Notes under the pieces: generated by a model
Told to the model about the DNA's origin: nothing
Seen by the model: the letters and a program-made list of their open reading frames with translations, nothing else
The model's database searches: none
Shown: positions 7,855-17,205 of the stretch, piece after piece
Position numbering within the stretch: the first letter of the stretch is position 1
How the letters are laid out: each line of letters starts with the position of its first letter
Made by a program: the position numbers and the translations under genes
DNA from: Pseudodesulfovibrio piezophilus C1TLV30
GTDB taxonomy: Bacteria > Desulfobacterota > Desulfovibrionia > Desulfovibrionales > Desulfovibrionaceae
Length of the DNA stretch: 32,000 nt
Reading direction: 5' to 3'
NCBI RefSeq assembly: GCF_000341895.1
Contig: NC_020409.1
Span: 2,070,001-2,102,000, forward strand

Positions 7855-9750
7855 TCAGCGATTTTCCAATCTACATGTCTGGCTGTAATAGGCGGTTCCG
7901 TTCCCCATATCGGTCATTTCGGGCTTGATGAGGACGTTGGCGTTATGTCCATATTTCATCCAACCGCCACGACGCATGATCACGGCACGGGGGTGGAGAT
8001 CCTTGAGAGTCTCCACCTGGACCTGCATGGCGCCCTGCGGGGTGACAAGATAAGCATCCTGCGCAGGATTGAGCGCAGCCCAGGCCGGGTTCTGTCTGGA
8101 AACCCAAACGATCGGCACACCACGCTGGTCTGCCTCAGACATCTGGGAATGAAGTGACTTTCCGCGAAGCACAGTCAAAAGTTGGAGAGGGTAGGCCGGG
8201 TCACGCTCCGGTTCGGGAGTAAGGCTCTCAGGGAAACGATACAGCCCGTCCATATGGCCAAATTCCATATTCTCGAAAGCGATATACGGGTGGTGAGCCT
8301 TGACAAAACCATTCTCTCGCAGCTCTTCCAGCGAAAAATCCTCCTGCTTGAGACTTTCCCGAATACATGCCTCCTGGTCAGGCAAACCGATGGGAGCGAC
8401 CAGTCTGGAGTCAAGATCGTTGAGAATCTCGAAATCGTTCCGACTCTCGCCACGCGGTTCCACGGCCTTACCACAATAGTTGATATAATTGTGGACAAAA
8501 GAACCAAGGACATCCTCCCGTTCGAAAAGAAGGGCAGGTGGCAGGATCACATCCGCAGTCAGTGCCGTATCATGCATGAACCCATCGACGCACACCACAA
8601 ACGGCTTCCGAAAAGCATCGGCAGTGGAAAGACTGTCCGGAGCCTGATTGACGACATTATGACCATCCACCCAGATGAACTCCACAGGAGGATCGGCCCG
8701 GCGCATCTCCTCACCAAGGTTCTGAACCAGAAATTCCCTACGGGGAGGGGTTTCCCCTGCCACAAGGTGATCCCATGACCCGAGATTACGCCCAGACGAG
8801 ATGTTGAAATATGCTCCGCCTCCGCTGATACCGATATGACCTGAAATCATGGCCAGGGCATTGATGAAGCGGACATTCTCCCCACCATAGGAATGACGTT
8901 GCAACCCCCATCCCAGGATTGAGGCGACGTTACCGGTATCCGCATACCAATCGTACAGCATCTCCACATCCGCAGTGGGAACCTCACAGGCAGAAGTCAG
9001 TTCGGCCAGAGAACAACCGTCGATCAGGCCGCGCAAGGCTGGCCAGTTGGCAGTTCGGGTCAGCACCCACGGGTTGAGATCACCCGCTTCAAGATAAAGC
9101 TTGAGCACGGCCGCTGCCAGAAAGCGGTCAGTCCCCGGACGGATGACAATGTTCACATCTGAGAATTCCGGGGTATCGTCACCTCCGGGAGAAATGGTCA
9201 ACACCTCGACCCCACGCTTGCGCGCCTTGTGGATCAGAGCCAATTGATGCACCGAACACCTGGTCATGTCACGACCCCAATTGACAATACGGCTCGCGTT
9301 CAGGATATCCTCAGGATCATTGTGGTTCAATGCTCCGAAATCCTTGAGGCACGCTGTCACCCCGGTATTTTCGCATAATGCCCCATGAATGGTCGACGCG
9401 CCCATTCTGCCGAAAAATATGGAACTGGCTTTACTGAGAACGCCCCTGTAGCCATGCCCATGAATATGAAGGATCGATTCCGGCACGGCGCGTGCGGCAT
9501 TGAGCTTCTCCGCCACCAAAGCCATGGCTTCATCCCATGAAGCCGTGCGAAAGGACTCGCCGTCACGAATCAAAGGTGTCACGATGCGTTCATCAGAATT
9601 GAGCCGCTCGAAATAGCGTGCCCCTTTCCTGCAACAGAATCCCTTGGTAAACGGATGCCTCGGGTTACCCCGGACGGATTGTTTTTCCACATCGACAAGC
9701 AGTGAACATGCGTCGCCGCAGTCCACAGTACACGCGGTAATCTTGGTCAT
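7855..9750 (-). CDS. Molybdopterin (bis-MGD) oxidoreductase family protein, cytoplasmic, substrate unknown
   Basis: 631 aa from ATG 9750 (GGAGGAAAGTC upstream); the 49-aa extension in the track ORF has no RBS. It has an N-terminal Fe-S Cys cluster (C7-x3-C11-x3-C15-x23-CC), MopB core motifs, and a C-terminal molydop-binding-like barrel. There is no twin-arginine signal. The probable Mo ligand region is HGALCENTG (Cys). Confidence 0.8.
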   Translation of the reverse strand: MTKITACTVDCGDACSLLVDVEKQSVRGNPRHPFTKGFCCRKGARYFERLNSDERIVTPLIRDGESFRTASWDEAMALVAEKLNAARAVPESILHIHGHGYRGVLSKASSIFFGRMGASTIHGALCENTGVTACLKDFGALNHNDPEDILNASRIVNWGRDMTRCSVHQLALIHKARKRGVEVLTISPGGDDTPEFSDVNIVIRPGTDRFLAAAVLKLYLEAGDLNPWVLTRTANWPALRGLIDGCSLAELTSACEVPTADVEMLYDWYADTGNVASILGWGLQRHSYGGENVRFINALAMISGHIGISGGGAYFNISSGRNLGSWDHLVAGETPPRREFLVQNLGEEMRRADPPVEFIWVDGHNVVNQAPDSLSTADAFRKPFVVCVDGFMHDTALTADVILPPALLFEREDVLGSFVHNYINYCGKAVEPRGESRNDFEILNDLDSRLVAPIGLPDQEACIRESLKQEDFSLEELRENGFVKAHHPYIAFENMEFGHMDGLYRFPESLTPEPERDPAYPLQLLTVLRGKSLHSQMSEADQRGVPIVWVSRQNPAWAALNPAQDAYLVTPQGAMQVQVETLKDLHPRAVIMRRGGWMKYGHNANVLIKPEMTDMGNGTAYYSQTCRLENR

Positions 9751-9963
9751 GACTTTCCTCCAGGGAGGAGAGTGGAGAAGTTTCCCCCCCAGGTCAAATT
9801 CAAATTTCGAAATAACGACATTCCCTGCCTCACTCCCGAGAATGATGCCATAAACCCTTGCCACCCACCAAGGGGAAGCGGTAAATTTTGACAACATTGA
9901 CTGAATAGTCTAACCAGATTCGGTTCCAGCTACCTGATAGACACTGAAGGATATGGACCAGAC

Positions 9964-11205
9964 ATGTCGAAGATACAAAAAATCAAGGGATTCGTGGACC
10001 TCTTTCCTGAAGAGGCAGCCAAATTCACCGCAATGGAAAAGGCCGCACGCGAGGTTTTCACCCGCTACGGCTTTGGAGAACTGCGGACACCGATCCTTGA
10101 AAAGACCGAACTTTTCCAGAAATCCATCGGGGAAGACACCGATGTTGTCGGCAAGGAAATGTTTACCTTCCCGGACCGCAAGGACCGCTCGCTGACCATG
10201 CGCCCCGAAGCCACAGCCGGGGTTGTGCGTGCCTTTATCGAATCCAAGACGCATCAGCCTGGAAAGATTTCGAAATTTTTCACCTTCGGTCCCATGTTCC
10301 GCTATGAACGACCCCAAAAAGGTCGTCAGCGGCAATTCCATCAGCTCAACGCGGAGATATTTGGTGCCCCCGAGGCCCAGGCCGATGCCGAGTTGATCCT
10401 GATGCTGCGCACCTTTCTCAACTCACTGGGACTGACCAAACTGGTCATCGAGCTGAATTCCCTTGGCTGCCCTGACTGCCGCCCGACCTACAAGCAGGCA
10501 TTGATCGACTTCTACAAGTCCAAGGACAAGGACAATTTCTGCGAGGACTGTCAACGCCGCATGGAGACCAACCCCCTGCGCGTGCTTGACTGCAAGGTTC
10601 CCACTTGCAAGGAGCTCGTCAAGGATGCACCGATCATCACCGATCACCTGTGCGAGGAATGTGAAACCCACTTCACGGACGTCAAGACCATCCTCGACGG
10701 CGCAGGTGTCGACTATGAACTCAATCCCCGACTGGTGCGCGGGCTGGACTATTATGTCCGCACCTGCTTTGAAGTCGCTTCCTACGACATCGGCTCCCAG
10801 ACGGCGGTTGCCGGTGGCGGACGCTATGACGGTCTGATCAGGAATCTCGGCGGCCCGGATTGTTCTGCCACTGGTTTTGCCTGCGGCATGGAACGTCTCG
10901 CCCTGCTGCTTGACCAGATGGACGCCGAACGCCCGGATTTCTACCTGGCTGTCGTGGACCAGGACGCGGCCAATGATGCCATGCTCTTTGCCCAGCAGTT
11001 ACGCGACAAGGGGCTGAAAGGGGATGCCAGCTATTCTGGCGGTTCCATGAAATCCCGCATGCGCGCGGCCAACAAATCCGGCGCAAAAACATGTCTGATC
11101 ATGGGCGGGGATGAAAGGGCCAACAAGACCGTCACCGTCAAGTACATGGATGATGAACGGGAACAGGAAACGCTGGATCGCGCACTCTATCTGGCCAGTC
11201 TGTAA
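9964..11205 (+). CDS. hisS: Histidine--tRNA ligase
   Basis: 413 aa. Class II motifs and HisRS signatures are present (MSKIQKIKGFVDLFP; FRYERPQKGRQRQFHQ; GGGRYDGL), followed by a C-terminal anticodon-binding domain. Confidence 0.95.
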   Translation: MSKIQKIKGFVDLFPEEAAKFTAMEKAAREVFTRYGFGELRTPILEKTELFQKSIGEDTDVVGKEMFTFPDRKDRSLTMRPEATAGVVRAFIESKTHQPGKISKFFTFGPMFRYERPQKGRQRQFHQLNAEIFGAPEAQADAELILMLRTFLNSLGLTKLVIELNSLGCPDCRPTYKQALIDFYKSKDKDNFCEDCQRRMETNPLRVLDCKVPTCKELVKDAPIITDHLCEECETHFTDVKTILDGAGVDYELNPRLVRGLDYYVRTCFEVASYDIGSQTAVAGGGRYDGLIRNLGGPDCSATGFACGMERLALLLDQMDAERPDFYLAVVDQDAANDAMLFAQQLRDKGLKGDASYSGGSMKSRMRAANKSGAKTCLIMGGDERANKTVTVKYMDDEREQETLDRALYLASL

Positions 11206-11402
11206 TTTTTCGCAGGAGTGAAGGGCATGGGCAATGGTTCGATGTCGCAGAGGATGGACCTGTCGTTTTTCAGAGATTTACCCTGAAGACAGGCCAGGAA
11301 AACCTTCACTCCGAATGGTTTGAAACTGAACAGGAATCATGGGCCGCCCCACCGGGGTTTGGCCGAAGCGCTATTTAAAATACGAGAGAGACTGGAGAAG
11401 TC

Positions 11403-13232
11403 ATGTCTGAGCAACAGGAAGAAAGAGACTACAACGAATTTCGCGTCATCGAGGACCTCGCAGGCTGGCGGCGAAGCCACCATAACAATGAACTGACCGC
11501 CGCCAATATGGATGAAGAGGTCTGCCTCATGGGCTGGGTCCAGTTTCGCCGTGACCATGGCGGCCTGATCTTTATCGATCTGCGCGACCGTGAAGGCCTG
11601 ACCCAGGTCGTCTTCAATCCAGAAGACAATGCCGAAGTGCATGAGCGCGCTCACGCCATCCGCCCTGAATACGTTATCGCCATCAAGGGCAAGGTCCGCC
11701 CCCGTCCTGAAGGCATGGCCAATTCAAGCATGGTCACCGGCGAAGTTGAAATCGAAGTCTCCGACTACAAGTTGCTCAACACCTCGGACACCCCGCCGTT
11801 CCCCATTGAGGACCGTGTTGAGGTCGGAGAGAATCTGCGATTGAAGTATCGCTTCCTCGACCTGCGCCGCCCGTCACTGGCCCGCAATTTCATTATCCGC
11901 AACAAGGCCGCCCAGTCCGTGCGCCGCTATTTGGACAGCCTCGGTTTCCTCGAAGTCGAGACCCCGGTACTGACCAAGTCCACCCCTGAAGGAGCGCGTG
12001 ACTTTTTGGTCCCCAGCCGCGTCAACCAGGGTGAATTCTTCGCACTGCCGCAGTCTCCCCAGCTTTTCAAACAGATGCTGATGGTCTCCGGTATGGATCG
12101 CTATTTCCAGATCGTCAAGTGCTTCCGCGATGAAGACCTGCGCGCCGATCGCCAGCCCGAATTCACTCAGATCGATATCGAAATGAGTTTTGTTGACGAA
12201 GCGGCTGTACAGGACATGGCCGAGACAATGATCAAGACCTTGTTCAGAGAGACCATCGGCGTGGACCTGCCCGCAGAGTTCCCGCGCATGACCTTTGCCG
12301 ATGCCATGCGTGATTACGGCGTGGACAAACCCGACCTTCGCTTCGGCCTCAAACACATCGACATTACCGATGTCTTCAAAGGGTCCGGCTTCAAGGTCTT
12401 TGCTTCCTCTGAACTGGTCAAGGTCATGGTAGTTCCCGGTGGTGCCGAATTATCCCGCAAGGAAATCGACGAATACACCAAATATGTCGAGATATATGGC
12501 TCCAAGGGACTTGCCTGGATCAAGGTCAAGGAAGACGGCGAATGGCAATCCCCCATCGTCAAATTTTTCTCCGAAGAAGAAGTCGCCACCCTGCGTGAAC
12601 GGACCAACGCCCAGCCCGGGGATATCCTTTTCTTCCAGGCCGGTGCCGCCGACATCGCCAATGCCGCGCTCGGCAACCTGCGCTGTGAACTGGGCGAACG
12701 CTTTGGCCTGATCAAGGATGACGAGTACACCCCGGTCTGGATCACTGATTTCCCGCTTCTTGAATACGATGCCGATGAAAAACGCTATGTCGCCCGTCAC
12801 CATCCCTTCACGTCGGCCCTGCCCGACCAGATGGAAATTCTGACCAGCGATCCCGGTAAAGCCATTGCCCGCGCCTATGACCTGGTCATGAACGGCCATG
12901 AAATCGGCGGCGGCTCCATCCGTATCCACACCCCGGCGCAGCAGGAAGCGATGTTCGCAGCCCTTGGAATTAATGAGGAGGAGGCCCGCGAGAAATTCGG
13001 ATTTCTCATGGATGCCCTCAAGTTCGGCGCACCGCCCCACGGAGGAATCGCTTTTGGCCTGGATCGCCTGATCATGATCCTGACCGGCTCCCGGTCCATT
13101 CGCGATGTCATAGCCTTCCCCAAGACGCAAAGGGCTACCTGCCTGATGACTGAAGCCCCCTCCAGCGTTCCCAGCAAACAGCTCAGGGAACTCGGAGTCA
13201 AACTGCGCGAAAAGAAAAAAGAAGACGCTTAA
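11403..13232 (+). CDS. aspS: Aspartate--tRNA ligase (bacterial type with GAD insertion)
   Basis: 609 aa. An OB-fold N-domain (GWVQFRRDHGGLIFIDLRD) precedes class IIb motifs (FRDEDLRADRQPEFTQID; GGGSIRIH; FGAPPHGGIAFGLDR). GGAGAAG lies upstream of the ATG. Confidence 0.95.
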   Translation: MSEQQEERDYNEFRVIEDLAGWRRSHHNNELTAANMDEEVCLMGWVQFRRDHGGLIFIDLRDREGLTQVVFNPEDNAEVHERAHAIRPEYVIAIKGKVRPRPEGMANSSMVTGEVEIEVSDYKLLNTSDTPPFPIEDRVEVGENLRLKYRFLDLRRPSLARNFIIRNKAAQSVRRYLDSLGFLEVETPVLTKSTPEGARDFLVPSRVNQGEFFALPQSPQLFKQMLMVSGMDRYFQIVKCFRDEDLRADRQPEFTQIDIEMSFVDEAAVQDMAETMIKTLFRETIGVDLPAEFPRMTFADAMRDYGVDKPDLRFGLKHIDITDVFKGSGFKVFASSELVKVMVVPGGAELSRKEIDEYTKYVEIYGSKGLAWIKVKEDGEWQSPIVKFFSEEEVATLRERTNAQPGDILFFQAGAADIANAALGNLRCELGERFGLIKDDEYTPVWITDFPLLEYDADEKRYVARHHPFTSALPDQMEILTSDPGKAIARAYDLVMNGHEIGGGSIRIHTPAQQEAMFAALGINEEEAREKFGFLMDALKFGAPPHGGIAFGLDRLIMILTGSRSIRDVIAFPKTQRATCLMTEAPSSVPSKQLRELGVKLREKKKEDA

Positions 13233-13531
13233 TAAATTCTGGGAAGAGACCCGAAAATGGTCCCTCCATCAAGGACATCCTCGCCGCCCGGCGAAATCGT
13301 CACCTCTGGCGTTTTCCGGGCGGCGCATTGATTCCCACACAGGAGTATTGTATTTATCAAAAAATTACAGACTCTTCTGAATTGAAGCGTCCCTATCCTC
13401 ATGTCTTGAACTCGCCTTTTGAAATTCCGTAGTTATTAATATAGAAGAGACCGACAACGTCGCAGACATGATTGAAATGACCTGTCTCCTCCCTTTTCCG
13501 CACACGAGGACAAGGATACCGGAGATGAAAT

Positions 13532-13588
13532 GGTGGAGGGGAAGGGAAGAGGAAAACCCCTGTTTTCCTCTTCCCTTCCCCGACCACC
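13532..13588 (+). promoter_or_regulatory. Very stable hairpin in the def 5' leader (20-bp perfect stem, 4-nt loop, plus 5-bp outer stem)
   Basis: GGGGAAGGGAAGAGGAAAAC (13538-13557), loop CCCT, GTTTTCCTCTTCCCTTCCCC (13562-13581). It is extended by GGTGG (13532-13536) pairing with CCACC (13584-13588). It ends one nucleotide before the def Shine-Dalgarno GGAGG (13589-13593). No U-run follows. Confidence 0.6.
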
Positions 13589-13601
13589 GGAGGCAAAAAA
13601 T

Positions 13602-14099
13602 ATGAAATTGGAAATATGTACATGGCCTGATGAGGTTTTATCCGCCAAGGCAAAACCAGTCACCGAAGTGACACCGGAGTTGCAGGAACTCATTGAGAAC
13701 ATGATAGAGACAATGTACGAATCCGATGGCGTCGGACTGGCCGCGCCTCAGGTGGGTGAATCCATTCGCCTGATATGTGTGGACCAGAGCGGTCCCAAGC
13801 TTCGAGGAGACCTGCGGGTGCTTATCAACCCGGAAATCGTCGAATGCGATGGTCAGGTCGATAGCGAGGAAGGCTGCCTGAGTTGCCCGGAACTCAATGT
13901 CACAGTGAAGCGTAAAGAACGTGTCAAGGTCAATGCTCTGGACAGAGAGGGCAATGAAATATGCTTGGAGACGGACGGTTTTCTGGCTATCATTCTGCAA
14001 CATGAAATCGACCATCTGGACGGCGTGACTCTCGCAGACAGGACTGGTCGGCTGAAGCAGACCATTTACAGAAAGAAAGCTCTCAAGTGGAAGCGATAA
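13602..14099 (+). CDS. def: Peptide deformylase
   Basis: 165 aa from ATG 13602 (GGAGG 8 nt upstream). The three PDF motifs are present: GVGLAAPQVG, EEGCLSCP, QHEIDHLDG. The track ORF start at 13530 lies inside the leader hairpin and is unlikely. Confidence 0.93.
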   Translation: MKLEICTWPDEVLSAKAKPVTEVTPELQELIENMIETMYESDGVGLAAPQVGESIRLICVDQSGPKLRGDLRVLINPEIVECDGQVDSEEGCLSCPELNVTVKRKERVKVNALDREGNEICLETDGFLAIILQHEIDHLDGVTLADRTGRLKQTIYRKKALKWKR

Positions 14100-14114
14100 C
14101 ACGGGACAAGTAGA

Positions 14115-15125
14115 ATGGAAGAATTTGATGTGAGCCAGTTGCGAGACGGTGAGCCGATCCCCAAGGAAACAATCCCCTTGAAGGCTCTGAAAATAGTTTT
14201 CATGGGAACTCCCGACATTGCCGCTGAAATCCTGAGTATCCTGCTGCAATTTGATGGGGCGGATGTCATTGGGGCGTATACCCAACCGGATCGCCCGTGC
14301 GGGCGCAGCCGCCAATGCGTTCCCTCAGCAGTCAAGAAAGTCGCCCTTGAAAACTCCATCCCGGTCTACCAGCCCGTGAATTTCAAGGAACAGGCCGACA
14401 TTGATACCCTGGCATCCCTTGAACCCGATGTCCTGGTCGTCGCCGCGTATGGCTTGATCCTGCCCCAGGCAGTCCTTGATATCCCGACCATTCATCCGCT
14501 CAATGTTCATGCCTCCCTGCTGCCCCAATGGCGCGGTGCCGCACCCATCCAGCGTGCCATCGAAAATGGAGATGTGGTCACCGGTATCTCGATCATGAAG
14601 ATGGAAGCCGGATTGGATACCGGTCCGGTCATGGTCCAACGCGCTCTGCGTATCGGACATAATGATCATGCCGGAACCATCCATGATGAACTGGCAAAAC
14701 TCGGTGGAATCTGCCTCTGTGAGGCCTTGGCCCGTCTGCAAACCGGAGCATACACTCTTGCTCCGCAGGATGACTCCATCGCGACCTATGCGCGAAAACT
14801 GGAGAAAAAAGAAGGCCAAATAGACTGGAACCGCCCGGCGCAGTCGATTCATAACCAGATTCGCGCCATGTACCCCTGGCCCGGAGCTTTCTTCGACTGG
14901 ACCAACTCCGAAGGGAAAACCATCAGACTCCACGTTTCTCCCGGTGAGATCGGCGAGAAAACAACCCCCGGTATCGATCCCGGCACCGTCCTCGGTGAAA
15001 TGAACGGCAAACTCGCCATCACGACACAGGACAAACTCTACCTGACACCCGAAGTCAAACCTCAGGGAAAGAAAGCTATGGACGCCACAGCTTTTTCGTG
15101 CGGCTATATAAAGGCCTGCAAATAG
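14115..15125 (+). CDS. fmt: Methionyl-tRNA formyltransferase
   Basis: KIVFMGTPDIAAEIL, the SLLPQWRGAAPIQRAI motif, and a C-terminal tRNA-binding domain. The start is uncertain: ATG 14115 gives a 21-aa N-terminal extension. TTG 14178 (AAGGAAAC upstream) would give the canonical LKALKIVFMGTP start. Confidence 0.9.
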   Translation: MEEFDVSQLRDGEPIPKETIPLKALKIVFMGTPDIAAEILSILLQFDGADVIGAYTQPDRPCGRSRQCVPSAVKKVALENSIPVYQPVNFKEQADIDTLASLEPDVLVVAAYGLILPQAVLDIPTIHPLNVHASLLPQWRGAAPIQRAIENGDVVTGISIMKMEAGLDTGPVMVQRALRIGHNDHAGTIHDELAKLGGICLCEALARLQTGAYTLAPQDDSIATYARKLEKKEGQIDWNRPAQSIHNQIRAMYPWPGAFFDWTNSEGKTIRLHVSPGEIGEKTTPGIDPGTVLGEMNGKLAITTQDKLYLTPEVKPQGKKAMDATAFSCGYIKACK

Positions 15126-15152
15126 TCCCATCTGCAACACTCAGGGTATACC

Positions 15153-16115
15153 ATGAACGCATCCAGGCCTTCACGATTCCTGATCTTCAACAACGGCATG
15201 CTCGGCAATACACTATTCAACATGCCGGCAGCCGCATGGCTCAAGCAGAATTATCCGGGATGTCACGTCGGCATGGTGGTTGATAGCGTGGGCAAAACGC
15301 TGATTCTCCATGACCCCAACGTGGACACCATTCATGTTTTTAACAAGAAAAAAGACTCTCTTCGCCAGCAGCTATCCTTGTTGCTCGAATTGAGAAAAAC
15401 CCGATACAATGTTTCCTTCCACCTGCGCAAAGGAGTCCGCAACGAACTGCTGGCCCGGCTTGCGGGAATCCCGGATCGAGCCGGGTTTCGGCTGAAAGGG
15501 TCACCCCAGCACCTGACTTTGAAGCTGGAGGAAGACACTTCTGTCCACCGTCTTGAAAGCCGTGCCCTGCTTATGGAAGCAATGCTCGGACGTCCCGTGA
15601 AACTCGACCGGCCCAGGCTGAACATCTGTACAGAGGCCAATGCAGCCATGACCCGGTTCATCGAGCAGGCGGGTGCTGTACCGGGAAACTATTTCGTCCT
15701 CCACCCCACAGGAAATTCACAGAATGGCAAGGACTGGAGCCTCCCGGTCTATGCTCAGGCTGCCCAACGCCTCGCCGAGGACGCGCCGGTCTTCATCATC
15801 TGTATGCCGTGTGAAGAAGAGGCCGTGAACAAGGCCATCCCATCCGGTTCCCATATCCATTATTATACAGGCAGCATCGCCAACACCAGCGAGCTTATCC
15901 GCAATGCTTCGGTTTTCCTCGGAAACGATTCTGGGCCAGCCCACCTGGCCTGCGCTTGGGAAGTTCCCCGCCTGGTGGTATACAAGGATGACGAGGCCAA
16001 TTACACAAAGTGGAAACCGATTCATAAAACAGGGTGCACTATCCTGTTTGCACAAGATTTCAACCCTGAAACCGTCTTCCAGGCTGTCATGGGCCTGAAG
16101 AACACCCAAGCATGA
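15153..16115 (+). CDS. Glycosyltransferase family 9 (heptosyltransferase-like)
   Basis: 320 aa. The N-terminus is GT9-style (RFLIFNNGMLGNTLFNMPAAAWLKQNYPGCHVGMVVD) and the C-terminal donor-binding motif is present (FLGNDSGPAHLACAWEVP). Confidence 0.8.
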   Translation: MNASRPSRFLIFNNGMLGNTLFNMPAAAWLKQNYPGCHVGMVVDSVGKTLILHDPNVDTIHVFNKKKDSLRQQLSLLLELRKTRYNVSFHLRKGVRNELLARLAGIPDRAGFRLKGSPQHLTLKLEEDTSVHRLESRALLMEAMLGRPVKLDRPRLNICTEANAAMTRFIEQAGAVPGNYFVLHPTGNSQNGKDWSLPVYAQAAQRLAEDAPVFIICMPCEEEAVNKAIPSGSHIHYYTGSIANTSELIRNASVFLGNDSGPAHLACAWEVPRLVVYKDDEANYTKWKPIHKTGCTILFAQDFNPETVFQAVMGLKNTQA

Positions 16116-16948
16116 AACAGACGACTTCCATACGGCGAGCCAGAAAAAGGCTCTTTATCGGACTCATCAGTGGAACCTGTTTTGTCTTTTGCCTCTTTCT
16201 TGCCTCACTCTGGATCGTTCCGTTCATAGGGCTGGAAAATATTCATCCAGCCGCGTCCTGGATTCTTGGCGGACTGGTCCTCGCGCTGCTTTCACTGGTC
16301 TGCGTTGCCTACTGGGGCTTGTTTCTGAACATCATCACCCACAAACCGGTCCCCGGTTCTCGTCGATTCCGCGGCCTGACAATCAAACTGTTCCTGCCCG
16401 TCATGGTCCTTCTGGGCAGAGCTTTGAAGATTGAAAAAGAAAACATCATGCTCTCCTTCGTCAGTGTCAATAATGAATTGGTGCAGGCTGAGGCAGGCCG
16501 GTACAAGCCCGAAGATATCCTTCTCCTCATGCCCCATTGCCTACAAAACTCGAAATGCGACCGCAGGCTGACGTATGACATCAACAACTGCAATCGGTGC
16601 GGTAAGTGTCCCATTGCCGGGCTCCTGGACCTGCACGACAAGTACGGCGTGAATCTGGCGGTGGCGACTGGCGGCACCATCGCCCGGCGGATAGTGGTAC
16701 AGATGCGCCCCCGGATGATCATTGCCGTGGCCTGCTATCGAGACCTCGCCAGCGGTATACAGGACACCTTTCCCTTGCCCGTCTTCGGTGTTCTCAATGA
16801 ACGGCCGCATGGTCCCTGTCTTGACACCACAGTGGCGCACCCGCTCCTCGAAGAAGCCCTGCACCGTTTTCTTCAGCCGAAATACCTCAAAGGTATGACA
16901 TCGGGTCTGGGAAAAACCATTTCCACGGCACAGGGGACGCGGCTTTAA
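16112..16948 (+). CDS. DUF116-family membrane protein with Cys-rich cytoplasmic domain
   Basis: 278 aa. The ATG overlaps the GT9 stop (ATGA). There are 2-3 N-terminal TM helices. The Cys-rich segment is LLMPHCLQNSKCDRRLTYDINNCNRCGKCPI...ATGGTIARR...AVACYRDL, which I recognise as the DUF116 pattern. Confidence 0.75.
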   Translation: MKQTTSIRRARKRLFIGLISGTCFVFCLFLASLWIVPFIGLENIHPAASWILGGLVLALLSLVCVAYWGLFLNIITHKPVPGSRRFRGLTIKLFLPVMVLLGRALKIEKENIMLSFVSVNNELVQAEAGRYKPEDILLLMPHCLQNSKCDRRLTYDINNCNRCGKCPIAGLLDLHDKYGVNLAVATGGTIARRIVVQMRPRMIIAVACYRDLASGIQDTFPLPVFGVLNERPHGPCLDTTVAHPLLEEALHRFLQPKYLKGMTSGLGKTISTAQGTRL

Positions 16949-17205
16949 GCCTCCTGCTGCAAACACCTTCTTGCCGTATACGGTCCTGTTCCTCACCATG
17001 CCGATTCATCGAAAACACAGGCCCGAAAGAGAGCGGCAAAACCGATATTTCACGAGATTCGGAAACACCTCATTGCTCCCACTGTGAAAGGTTCGGGCAT
17101 TTTTACTTTACCCCGAAGACAAAAAACAGTACCAACTACTTTCAGTCCGTCCGCGGACACGTCACCGAACCATATGCCCCCAAAAGGGAAAGTAAGTACC
17201 AGCGA

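Noticed and set aside
9751-9897. The 49-codon N-terminal extension of the molybdopterin oxidoreductase ORF.
   Set aside because: There is no RBS at 9897. ATG 9750 has GGAGGAAAGTC upstream, and the Fe-S Cys motif normally sits at the extreme N-terminus of cytoplasmic MopB proteins.
11239-11298. A 19-codon ORF (MGNGSMSQRMDLSFFRDLP) with GGAG upstream in the hisS-aspS spacer, considered as a possible leader peptide.
   Set aside because: There is no enrichment of His or Asp codons and no alternative terminator/antiterminator structures around it. This is insufficient evidence for attenuation.
13283-13324. GCCGCCCGG ... CCGGGCGGC inverted repeat downstream of aspS, considered as a terminator.
   Set aside because: It has a 24-nt loop and no U-run. 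It may contribute to aspS 3'-end formation, but the evidence is too weak to annotate as a feature.
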